A stretch of 20,000 bases of DNA. Source: an uncultured virus (IMG/VR IMGVR_UViG_3300030380_002570). Lineage: Duplodnaviria > Heunggongvirae > Uroviricota > Caudoviricetes. The translations under genes were made by a program, and so were the position numbers. Where the stretch lies: IMG/VR virus record IMGVR_UViG_3300030380_002570; one strand, written 5' to 3'. Shown here one piece after another: positions 1 to 7,253 of the stretch (within the stretch, counting starts at the first letter, position 1; the number at the start of each line of letters is the position of its first letter). The notes beneath the pieces are model-generated. The model made no database searches, had not been told where the DNA came from, and was given only the letters and a program-made list of their open reading frames with translations.

Positions 1-2
1 TT

Positions 3-329
3 CCTGCTAGTACCCGTCGCAAATGCCGTGTTGAACGACGTTGTAGTGCTCTTACTAGTACCAAACGTAGTCGTAGTATTGAACGATGTAGTCGTTGAGT
101 TACTGGTGGACTGACTCGTTTCAGTTGCACGAGTCGTAGCCGTAGAGCGCGTTGTCGCGGTAGCTCTGGTCGTGTTGTATATAGCATTCCAGACCGTAGC
201 CAATGTACCGCCGTTATTAACGACGATAAAGTTCACCTGATGAAGCGTGTTGGCTGTAGCACGGACAGCAATCTGCGAGTCTGTGTCTAGCTCCTTCAGC
301 GTACCATTGTCGTTAATAAATATAGCCAC
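3..329 (-). CDS. Thr/Ser-rich putative tail/fibre-associated protein, N-terminal part (runs off the left edge; absent from the ORF track)
   Basis: Manual translation from GTG at 329, with AGGA at 337-340 upstream: MAIFINDNGTLKELDTDSQIAVRATANTLHQVNFIVVNNGGTLATVWNAIYNTTRATATTRSTATTRATETSQSTSNSTTTSFNTTTTFGTSKSTTTSFNTAFATGTSR. No stop before the window edge. Same strand as, and 9 nt after, the upstream gene. Confidence 0.85.
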   Translation of the reverse strand, partial: MAIFINDNGTLKELDTDSQIAVRATANTLHQVNFIVVNNGGTLATVWNAIYNTTRATATTRSTATTRATETSQSTSNSTTTSFNTTTTFGTSKSTTTSFNTAFATGTSR

Positions 330-338
330 TATTCGTTC

Positions 339-992
339 CTAGCTAATGACGTAAAACACATGCCCGTCTGGGAACCCAGAGGCAGATGTCGGATTCGAGC
401 TAACAATGGACTGTGTACCTACAGTTTTGCCATTAGACACAATATCAGTAAATGTACCAGCCGCTGCTGTACTGCCGCCTATGACCACGTTGTCAATCGT
501 TCCGCCGTTGATATCTGCGGTGGTCAGAGTTGCGCTTGCAATCGTAGCACTTGCAACATCGGCTAACTCTAGGTCTATCAGAGCATCTGTAACCGCTGCA
601 CCAGCGCCAGCACCATCTAGAAAAACAACTTTAACGTTACCGTTACCAATTGTTACTGTAGCGCCAGATCCTTGCTTGATGACGATGTTTTGCGACCCAC
701 TTGTTGCATTCTCTATGATGTGAACACGGGTCATTGTATTCGGCCCAATCGTGATAGTGCATTCCGAATCTAAGGTCCCCGTGTACTTAATGTACATTGC
801 ACGAGCAGGGTCAGTTGAACCATCCGCTACCGTAGACGTATGAGTGTCTGCATTGGTTGTAATTGCTTCAGTTCCAAAGCCTAAAGCCTCACCTATCAAC
901 TCAAGGTTAGTATTCGTACTGGTGCCCCATGTGCCTGACTCATCGCCATTGGCGATTTCTTTTAAGCGCAGGTCATTAACGTAAGTTGCCAT
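339..992 (-). CDS. Putative tail fibre/tail structural protein
   Basis: 217 aa. N-terminus LRLKEIANGDESGTWGTSTNTNL resembles phage fibre-anchor domains. Contains the fibre-like repeat INGGTIDNVVIGGSTAAAGTFT. Abuts the upstream gene. Confidence 0.7.
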   Translation of the reverse strand: MATYVNDLRLKEIANGDESGTWGTSTNTNLELIGEALGFGTEAITTNADTHTSTVADGSTDPARAMYIKYTGTLDSECTITIGPNTMTRVHIIENATSGSQNIVIKQGSGATVTIGNGNVKVVFLDGAGAGAAVTDALIDLELADVASATIASATLTTADINGGTIDNVVIGGSTAAAGTFTDIVSNGKTVGTQSIVSSNPTSASGFPDGHVFYVIS

Positions 993-1880
993 CTAAGCTA
1001 CCTCTGTCCAGTTTGGTGTCTGACTTGTATCAACAAGCCCCCATATGTTTATAGCAGTAACCGCCCCAGTTGCGCCAACTCCAGTGAGACTAAACACCGC
1101 TGTACCCGTCACCGTCACGTCGCCAGCACTACCCGTACCCGCTACACCCGTAAGAGTAGCAGAAGCTGCCGCAGTCGTTGTAACAGTAGTTACACCCCCT
1201 GTTGCAGAAACCCCTGTTACAGGCGCTGTAGCGCCCGCTGCGACGGCTGGGGCGGTAACCTGCCCTGTACTAGAAACCCCTATGATCGCAGCGTCTGGAT
1301 CAGCGTCAACCGTTCCAGCGGCACCTGTGCCCACAACACCCGTAACAGGAGCGTTGATGCTTAGAAGGACCGTAGGCGAACCTAGCGTTCCTGTTCCTTC
1401 AACACCTGTAACCGGCAGTGTGTTGTTACTTATCGTGGATACTGTGCCTACAGATCCAGTTCCTTCAACACCTGAAGGTGCGCCGGTTGCACCACCAGTT
1501 GCGGTGCCCGTGTTTGATGACCCAGTGCCTTCTACCCCAGTAACCCCTTGAACAATGCTCAAAGAGAAAGAGGGCGTCCCTATCTGCCCTGTACCCTCAA
1601 CACCTGTAACGGGGAGGGTATTGTTCGATATTGTGGATACAGAGCCGGTAGAACCAGTGGCTGATACTCCCGTGACAGGGACAGTTGCTCCTAACGCAAC
1701 AAAGACAGACCCTACAGATGCCGTCCCTTCAACACCCGTTACAGCTAAGGTGTTGTTTGTAACAGTGGTGGCGGCAGTGACTGCGCCTGTAGCAGACACA
1801 CCTGTGACTTCGACGGGCAGGGGTGTTCCCCACGCGCCTTCGCCCCAGCCACCTCTGGCCCAGCCGTTAATTGCCGCCAT
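993..1880 (-). CDS. Gly/Thr/Val-rich repetitive virion structural protein
   Basis: 295 aa. N-terminal GWARGGWGEGAWG, many ~19-aa VTGV(E/S)(G/A)TG repeats (VSTISNNTLPVTGVEGTG occurs twice), C-terminal WGLVDTSQTPNWTEV. Lies in the tail region. Confidence 0.7.
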   Translation of the reverse strand: MAAINGWARGGWGEGAWGTPLPVEVTGVSATGAVTAATTVTNNTLAVTGVEGTASVGSVFVALGATVPVTGVSATGSTGSVSTISNNTLPVTGVEGTGQIGTPSFSLSIVQGVTGVEGTGSSNTGTATGGATGAPSGVEGTGSVGTVSTISNNTLPVTGVEGTGTLGSPTVLLSINAPVTGVVGTGAAGTVDADPDAAIIGVSSTGQVTAPAVAAGATAPVTGVSATGGVTTVTTTAAASATLTGVAGTGSAGDVTVTGTAVFSLTGVGATGAVTAINIWGLVDTSQTPNWTEVA

Positions 1881-1890
1881 GTACTAAGTA

Positions 1891-2322
1891 CTAGGCTATT
1901 CGGATAATGGCGTTAGACGCATCCGCAGTAGGGAACTGAATAGTAAAGTCACCCGCTGTTGAAGTCTTGTCACCACCAAAATCCAATGCACAAACAGCAG
2001 GGTCGCCTGATGCGGAATCATTAAAAATGAGCGCACCCCTAGCCGTGACTGTCGCATTCGAGAACGTAAGATCGGCAAAGTCTGTCAGGGCAGTCGTGCC
2101 CGATGAAGACGGGTCTACGCGGGTTAAGGACGCGCCCTTTGCCGTGTAGTTTGTTCCAGACACTTCGTTAGATGTCGTGTATGCGGTAGTGCCTGCGCCC
2201 AAAGAAGCACTGCTTGTGTACAGTGCCAAGTTGAACGTGCTTCCGCCTGAGTTTAGAAAATTATGTTTTGCTTCCAAAAGCTCTTTCTTGAAAGACGTAC
2301 ACATTGCTGTCGTAATAGCCAT
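1891..2322 (-). CDS. Conserved phage tail-associated structural protein
   Basis: 143 aa with TSFKKELL, FNLALYTS, NEVSGTNYTAKG, ARGALIFN and LDFGGDKTST, a pattern typical of small beta-rich phage tail proteins. AGGAG RBS upstream. Confidence 0.75.
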   Translation of the reverse strand: MAITTAMCTSFKKELLEAKHNFLNSGGSTFNLALYTSSASLGAGTTAYTTSNEVSGTNYTAKGASLTRVDPSSSGTTALTDFADLTFSNATVTARGALIFNDSASGDPAVCALDFGGDKTSTAGDFTIQFPTADASNAIIRIA

Positions 2323-2615
2323 TATAGACTCCTTATGATGTTCGCCATATCAGCATGGCCTTGGTTTTCAAATTCAGCGGCAAGAGTAACCCTGTCACTA
2401 CGAATCGCCTCTTTGACGTAAAATAAAACTGTTGCCCTAACAGCCCTTTTGAATTCGTTTGCTTGTTCCGCAATCAAAGGATGACAGTTTCCGCCTACGC
2501 TAACAATCCTATCCGCCGCTGCATCAGACCAAAACTCTGGGTCATGGCCTTTGTGATCGGTGGTGGAGACTAAAACATTACCAACCTCAGATTGAGGCGC
2601 TTCAAAAAATGACAA
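2322..2615 (-). CDS. Hypothetical phage protein (TTG start)
   Basis: 97 aa that exactly fills the gap between neighbours. AAGGGG upstream of the TTG. Stop overlaps the next ATG (TAATG). Confidence 0.75.
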   Translation of the reverse strand: MSFFEAPQSEVGNVLVSTTDHKGHDPEFWSDAAADRIVSVGGNCHPLIAEQANEFKRAVRATVLFYVKEAIRSDRVTLAAEFENQGHADMANIIRSL

Positions 2616-2617
2616 CG

Positions 2618-3253
2618 TTAACCCCTTGCAATGTCGTATCGGTATTGATCTTGAGCGCCATATCCTTCACCCAAAGCTTTTAAGGATGCCACTGCCTGTG
2701 AAAAGCGTTGCTCGTATTGAGCCACCTCTTCTGGAACTTTTAAAAACGTAGCAGCTTCCGTCAATGTGCCGTACAGCAAAGCGTCCGGCGCGTTATCGGA
2801 TAGCCACGTAGTATCTGACCCGGAAGTTGTAGTTAAAGATGCGGGTCGATATTGATAGTGAAGCTCAAACGCATAGTCCGCAGCGGGAGTTGGAGACAAG
2901 ATAAAAGTGCTTTCATTAAACAAAGCATAATACCGCGTTTCTCCCGTCGTAGACGCATTAGGGGTAAACGCCCGAATAAACGAAGCTTGTTTTAACAAAG
3001 GGTAGCTGTATTCACCACTGACAATCAAAGCCAAGCTGTATGAGGCAAGAAAATCAGAAGGTGTGGATAGGTACGGGTTCCCGCTAGAAGCTTGCCCCGT
3101 AACATTTTTGCGGAACACTGGCAAAGTGACGTTTTTAAGTATTCGCTCTTCCGCCTCTTTTATAAAGGTATCCAGTTGCGAAACAAACGTAGACTCAGCG
3201 GTTTCGCAATAGTCTTGAACCGCCGATTTTAAGGTTGCTAGAGTAAAACTCAT
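2618..3253 (-). CDS. Putative head-tail adaptor / tail tubular protein A-like
   Basis: 211 aa. LKSAVQDYCE...FIKEAEERI N-terminal helices, LSPTPAADY and TWLSDNAPDALLYGTL match the adaptor-protein pattern. ATGA coupling with the upstream gene. Confidence 0.7.
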   Translation of the reverse strand: MSFTLATLKSAVQDYCETAESTFVSQLDTFIKEAEERILKNVTLPVFRKNVTGQASSGNPYLSTPSDFLASYSLALIVSGEYSYPLLKQASFIRAFTPNASTTGETRYYALFNESTFILSPTPAADYAFELHYQYRPASLTTTSGSDTTWLSDNAPDALLYGTLTEAATFLKVPEEVAQYEQRFSQAVASLKALGEGYGAQDQYRYDIARG

Positions 3254-3552
3254 GTTATCACCACAGTGGCTTCACCCACCTGTGTAAAACCAACAACAGG
3301 TAAAGTGTTTGGGTTATCAACGGTAGGCAATCCTACAGATATGACTAAAGGCTCAACCCGGTCTGGGCGAGGGTTTTGTAAAGCCTGCGGGTCACTCACC
3401 TGCGTGAGAGGCAGTAGTTGTGGTTGTTTTGGTTCAAATTCGTCAAACCCAACCAAACTACCATTCCATTCTTTCCGCATTTTACTTAGCTTGTACCGAA
3501 AACCTGATCGATCAGAAATGCCGTATGCGTTTTTTCCAGAGGCAAAAGCCAT
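3250..3552 (-). CDS. Conserved phage hypothetical protein (neck region)
   Basis: 100 aa: MAFASGKNAYGISDRSGFRY...EWNG...EPKQPQL...DPQALQNPRPD. Sits between two adaptor-like genes. Confidence 0.8.
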   Translation of the reverse strand: MAFASGKNAYGISDRSGFRYKLSKMRKEWNGSLVGFDEFEPKQPQLLPLTQVSDPQALQNPRPDRVEPLVISVGLPTVDNPNTLPVVGFTQVGEATVVIT

Positions 3553-3554
3553 AA

Positions 3555-4439
3555 TTACACCCCGTACTTGTACGCAGGCGGACTTATTTTAAAAGAAGCC
3601 CTGTCACGATCTTCTTCCATGGCTCTAATCATTTCCTCTTCGTAAACACTTTTAAGCATGCCCATCATCTGCGGATTTTTTTTCATAGATAAGTAGTACG
3701 CCAGCCCTGCTGCCAAACAAGGGTAAAAGCGAAAGGGAACATCTACCGTATTTGTGAAGTTATCTGCGTCTTCAATTCGAGTAAGACGATTAAACTTAAC
3801 TATATCCGTGTTGTTGTCTGGAACCGGCCAGATCTTTAAAACAGGGGTAATTTGACGGTCCAAGAAAAATTGACTTGGTCTGCCCGTTTGGGTTTTGGTA
3901 GGTATGTTTAAAAACTCAGATCGACTTAATCTGTCTATTTCAAAGTCTGTGCCATCGCGAGTCACAACAGTAGACAGAATGTCTATAGTTGACTGCACAT
4001 CGCTAAGATCTTGCGCAGCGGATACCGTAGTAGTCGCCCCGCTAGTGCCGCCAGTTATTGTCTCTCCGCTAGAAAAAGTCCCTGACGGGACCGTAGTTGC
4101 CACAGAAGTTGCTGTCGGCTTGCTAGTAATAGACGCCGTGGCTGAACTGCTTCCACCAGTGATTACCTCTCCAACAGAAAAACTTGCAGAAGATGCAACA
4201 GATAAAGTTAAAGTTCCGGCAGGATATTCACTGATGCCCGAAGCCAACGTGATAGAGGTTTGATCTATCGTCCACTGATTCAAGCCTCGGTTAGCCCAAT
4301 CAGCAAACAATAAATTTAGCGACCGTTTTGCAGTTTTTAGATCATAGCCCGTGCGAAGCTCTAAGCCACATCGCTCAAATGCTTCTTCAATGTATTCAGC
4401 TACATCAATCTCAAAATTTTTGCTGTTACTCGTTGTCAT
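3555..4439 (-). CDS. Putative head-tail connector/adaptor protein with an inserted beta-rich domain
   Basis: Probable start at MTTSNSKNF (4439), not 4460. Motifs IEEAFERCG, GYDLKTAKRSLNLLFADWANRGLNQWT, IWPVPD and PFRFYPCLAAGLAYYLS. Confidence 0.75.
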   Translation of the reverse strand: MTTSNSKNFEIDVAEYIEEAFERCGLELRTGYDLKTAKRSLNLLFADWANRGLNQWTIDQTSITLASGISEYPAGTLTLSVASSASFSVGEVITGGSSSATASITSKPTATSVATTVPSGTFSSGETITGGTSGATTTVSAAQDLSDVQSTIDILSTVVTRDGTDFEIDRLSRSEFLNIPTKTQTGRPSQFFLDRQITPVLKIWPVPDNNTDIVKFNRLTRIEDADNFTNTVDVPFRFYPCLAAGLAYYLSMKKNPQMMGMLKSVYEEEMIRAMEEDRDRASFKISPPAYKYGV

Positions 4440-5103
4440 TGTATAGGTTATCGAATACACGGTTCACATCAAGAACATAGTCTAAATCAGACTTCGAGTA
4501 ATGTATGTGAGCCGAAGGCTTAAAATCTGGAGCGCCTGTACCCGTTTCAAACCACGCGGGATGTGTTACACGAACCCGGTTGTTTGGTAATGCAACGATG
4601 TTACCTGTCCACTCCCCCGCATCTAATAGTTGCAGCACATGACTTTGCTTGTGTTGTGCTGGGTCGTCTGCAATTTCACTTTCAGTGTAGTCTACTGTGA
4701 AAAGGTACTTGGCGGGATACATTTCTCCGCCGATTTTTGCCATCCAAGGACATGGCGTTGCACGATCTAAAACATAAACAGCATGGTGGTGTGAAGAGCA
4801 ATCCCAAGGTTGCGCGTCATGGACTGCCATAGGTTCCGGCCATTCCTCTAAAGGAACGTCTGCAACCAAAGCCGTTATGGGCATTCTTGCCCACATCGCT
4901 CCGCCATGAACGGTATCTTCCTCTTCACCCTCTGCTTCAATACCCGTAAAAATCATCTGAAAACTCAGACATCTACACGGCATTGTAGTCACGGCTACGG
5001 CCATGGCGTGCAAAAACTCGCCATGGTAAGCCTCGTGGTTATGAGTAAATTCTTTTCTTACCCAGCACTTAAAATGCGGGATGTTGGACTGTAGGTAAGC
5101 CAT
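4426..5103 (-). CDS. Conserved phage protein of unknown function
   Basis: 225 aa, globular composition. Motifs HGEF, GAMWARMPITA, QPWDC, YLFTVD, QHKQSH and ALPNNRV. Confidence 0.85.
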   Translation of the reverse strand: MAYLQSNIPHFKCWVRKEFTHNHEAYHGEFLHAMAVAVTTMPCRCLSFQMIFTGIEAEGEEEDTVHGGAMWARMPITALVADVPLEEWPEPMAVHDAQPWDCSSHHHAVYVLDRATPCPWMAKIGGEMYPAKYLFTVDYTESEIADDPAQHKQSHVLQLLDAGEWTGNIVALPNNRVRVTHPAWFETGTGAPDFKPSAHIHYSKSDLDYVLDVNRVFDNLYNDNE

Positions 5104-5106
5104 ATT

Positions 5107-5358
5107 TTATTTGCTTACCTTCCCACCCCGGCGATAGCCCTTAGACTTCATTTTGGACACTTTGCCACCCGTCTTCATGCCTTTAGACTTTACAGCACCG
5201 CCCATCTTCATGCCTTTAGACTTTACGGCACCACCCATCTTCATGCCTTTGGACTTCATGGCACCGCCTTTCTTCATGCCTTTGGACTTCATGGCAGGCG
5301 CTTTCTTTTTCGCTGCTTTCTTTTTGGGGGCACCGTTGCCCAGATTTACTACTGACAT
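5107..5358 (-). CDS. Small Lys-rich repeat protein, possibly DNA-binding or internal virion protein
   Basis: 83 aa with no acidic residues. 11-aa repeat KSKGMKxGGA(V/M). GAGGT RBS upstream. Confidence 0.8.
   Translation of the reverse strand: MSVVNLGNGAPKKKAAKKKAPAMKSKGMKKGGAMKSKGMKMGGAVKSKGMKMGGAVKSKGMKTGGKVSKMKSKGYRRGGKVSK
5172..5296. repeat. 33-bp coding tandem repeat, about 3.8 copies
   Basis: Units beginning TCTTCATGCCTTT(A/G)GACTT start at 5172, 5205, 5238 and 5271 and encode the 11-aa repeat. Confidence 0.95.
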
Positions 5359-5365
5359 ATATACC

Positions 5366-5692
5366 TCACAGGTACTTGGTTACTTTTCTGCGGTTTTCTA
5401 ATACAGCCCCGCAGCCTCTCGCAATCTGTTGACGAACCTCGCCGCCAGTGCTCATGTTCCGAACGGTCGCCTTACGAGTGTTTTTTACAACCGTCTTGCC
5501 TTTTCCACCCGCCTTCTTCTTTTTACGCGCCGTGGCCGCTCGTTCTGACTTGCTTAAAGAACGAGCTTTTGACTCAGGTAAACAACGATCTGGGTTTTTC
5601 TTGTCCGGCGAAGTACCGCATTTGCCTACGATATTGCCTGCGCTATCAATACGAACCCAGTTCTGTTTTACCCACTTTTTTAAATCACCCAT
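5366..5692 (-). CDS. Small basic conserved phage protein (possibly DUF5872-like, from recall)
   Basis: 108 aa. LKKWVKQNWVRI...KCG...DRCLPESKA; C-terminal MSTGGEV...ARGCGAV...RRKVTKY. Confidence 0.8.
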   Translation of the reverse strand: MGDLKKWVKQNWVRIDSAGNIVGKCGTSPDKKNPDRCLPESKARSLSKSERAATARKKKKAGGKGKTVVKNTRKATVRNMSTGGEVRQQIARGCGAVLENRRKVTKYL

Positions 5693-5919
5693 CAGCGACC
5701 TTTCCGCTTACCGCCTTTTGATTTCTTGGCGTAGTTTGGGTCCTTACAGTATTTGCTCGCAGCAAGATTAGCGTAAGCAGACGGATACGTGTCGAAAGTA
5801 CGCTTTGCCCAAGCTTTACCTTCAGGGCATATTTTGCTGCCCTTACTTTTTTTAGACGCCGCACCGCCCTTACGATAATAGGTAAGTCCTTTTGGCATGT
5901 TTGCTCTAGTCATTACCAC
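5692..5919 (-). CDS. Small basic conserved phage protein
   Basis: 75 aa: KICPEGKAWAKRTFDTYPSAYANLAASKYCK. Stop overlaps the next start (TGATG). Confidence 0.8.
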   Translation of the reverse strand: MVMTRANMPKGLTYYRKGGAASKKSKGSKICPEGKAWAKRTFDTYPSAYANLAASKYCKDPNYAKKSKGGKRKGR

Positions 5920-6197
5920 GCTTTACAACTCCAATAGCGAGCAGAAAACTTGTCTTTAGCCGTATCACAGTTGTGTCTGGCACGAAAGTTAGACCGTCTT
6001 GCGGGCTGATCTTTCTTAATAGACATCTTAGGATCACCAAATCTAACTAACTTGATTTCAGTGCCCTTTTTAGCCAGCACCGCGCTTTTTTTAGATTTTC
6101 CCGGCGTGCGCTTGGGTTTGTTAAAACCAGCAAACGTTTCACCTCGGTACTTTATCCGACCGGAAGGAAGTCGTTGAACGTCCTTGGTTGTAGCCAT
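5913..6197 (-). CDS. Small basic conserved phage protein
   Basis: 94 aa: FNKPKRTP...VRFGDPKMSIKKDQPARRSNFRARHNCD...ARYWSCKAW. AAGGA RBS upstream. Confidence 0.85.
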   Translation of the reverse strand: MATTKDVQRLPSGRIKYRGETFAGFNKPKRTPGKSKKSAVLAKKGTEIKLVRFGDPKMSIKKDQPARRSNFRARHNCDTAKDKFSARYWSCKAW

Positions 6198-6209
6198 ATC
6201 AAGTCCTTA

Positions 6210-6614
6210 CTAGCTGAAGTTTTTCCTTAAATACAAAATTACGGTGTAGGTGTCGCCACTAGAATGCCCAACGGTCGTAAAGTTTACGTCGCCGGTTTTA
6301 CCGGAGCCTGCGTTATTAGACAGACCGCCAAACTTGGTGTAATCGTGATCACCGCTCTGGTTTTCACCTAGTTCAATACAAAACAAATCTGAGGACGCAT
6401 CCCACAAGATTTGCACTTTCATACCGATGCACTGCCACCAAATCCGTTCGATGGTGACGCCCGTACAGGTGTCACCGTCCGCGCTAGGCTGCAAGGCCGA
6501 AACATCTACCTTTGTGACGGCACTTTCACCAGAGCCGTCAGAAATGTTAGTCAGTTTCAAAACAGCGGTTTTCGGTCCATCCGCTAGCGTTTGTGAAGCT
6601 ACTGTATCAGCCAT
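6210..6614 (-). CDS. Putative virion structural (capsid-associated) protein
   Basis: 134 aa: MADTVASQTL...LTNISDGSGESAVTKVDVSAL...FGGL.NNAGSGKTGDV.FTT. AGGAGG RBS. Located downstream of the capsid genes. Confidence 0.7.
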   Translation of the reverse strand: MADTVASQTLADGPKTAVLKLTNISDGSGESAVTKVDVSALQPSADGDTCTGVTIERIWWQCIGMKVQILWDASSDLFCIELGENQSGDHDYTKFGGLSNNAGSGKTGDVNFTTVGHSSGDTYTVILYLRKNFS

Positions 6615-6626
6615 AATTGCCTCCTA

Positions 6627-7133
6627 TTACTGGTCAGCAAATTCAGGTGCAGTTGCGCTCGTAACATTGCCAAAGATTTGGTAGTTAGTGGTGTTCAAGC
6701 CAACAATAGTGACCTCGCAACCAGCAGGAACGTTCATCTTAAAGCTGCTGTTTGAGTTTCCATCAGAAAACACTGAGCTAACTTCGTTGTCGGTATCAAG
6801 GAATGTAACGCCGCCAATGTAAAAATTACTGTTGCCGGGAGTGAGAATGATCGCGTCTGTAGCATCAGCAGCGCCACCAGCATAAACAAACTTAAACACA
6901 GACCCTGCAACAGGCGCAGGAAGCGTGTAGGTGTTGTCTTGCCCGCCGTCTGGAATAAGAAGAACTCTTCCACTGTGCGTTGCGTTGGTTAGAGTTACGT
7001 CTCCGTCAGAAAGGCTTACCGGACCGTCACCCAAAGTGGCAACCTCGGTAAGTGCTCCGGTCGTAGCATTTTTGCTTACGGTTTTGAAGGTGCTTTCAGA
7101 TCGCACCGCACCTGAGAAAGTAGTAGTACCCAT
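6627..7133 (-). CDS. Putative capsid decoration / head fibre protein
   Basis: Start at MGTTTFSGAVRS (7133), with AGGAG at 7140-7144 giving 6-nt spacing. Contains the fibre-like segment TYTLPAPVAGSVFKFV. First gene after the major capsid gene. Confidence 0.65.
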   Translation of the reverse strand: MGTTTFSGAVRSESTFKTVSKNATTGALTEVATLGDGPVSLSDGDVTLTNATHSGRVLLIPDGGQDNTYTLPAPVAGSVFKFVYAGGAADATDAIILTPGNSNFYIGGVTFLDTDNEVSSVFSDGNSNSSFKMNVPAGCEVTIVGLNTTNYQIFGNVTSATAPEFADQ

Positions 7134-7139
7134 GTTCAT

Positions 7140-7183
7140 CTCCTGTCGTGGGTTATGTCAGCCACACCATGCGGCTGTCAGGG
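7140..7183 (-). promoter_or_regulatory. Candidate structured 5' leader overlapping the RBS
   Basis: Minus strand reads CCCTGA-CAGCCGC-ATGGT-GTGGCTG-ACATAACCCACGA-CAGGAG. There is a 7-bp inner stem with one G-U pair, and an outer CCTG/CAGG pairing that includes the RBS. Confidence 0.4.
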
Positions 7184-7200
7184 ATGCTTTTAGCATACAC

Positions 7201-7237
7201 AAAAAAGAAAGGGGCAACAATGTGCCCCTTCTTTTTT
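7201..7237. terminator. Intrinsic, probably bidirectional, terminator after the major capsid gene
   Basis: AAAAAAGAAA-GGGGCA-ACAATG-TGCCCC-TTCTTTTTT: a GC stem flanked by A and T tracts, 16 nt after the capsid stop codon. Confidence 0.9.
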
Positions 7238-7253
7238 ACAAGCTTTTACAAGC

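Noticed and set aside
5172..5296. 33-bp repeats as a possible CRISPR array
   Set aside because: The repeats are directly tandem with no unique spacers, are a multiple of 3, and vary mainly at synonymous positions, so this is a coding repeat.
6136..6142. Isolated GTTTCAC half-parS heptamer
   Set aside because: A single 7-mer is expected by chance in 20 kb, and it has no partner half-site.
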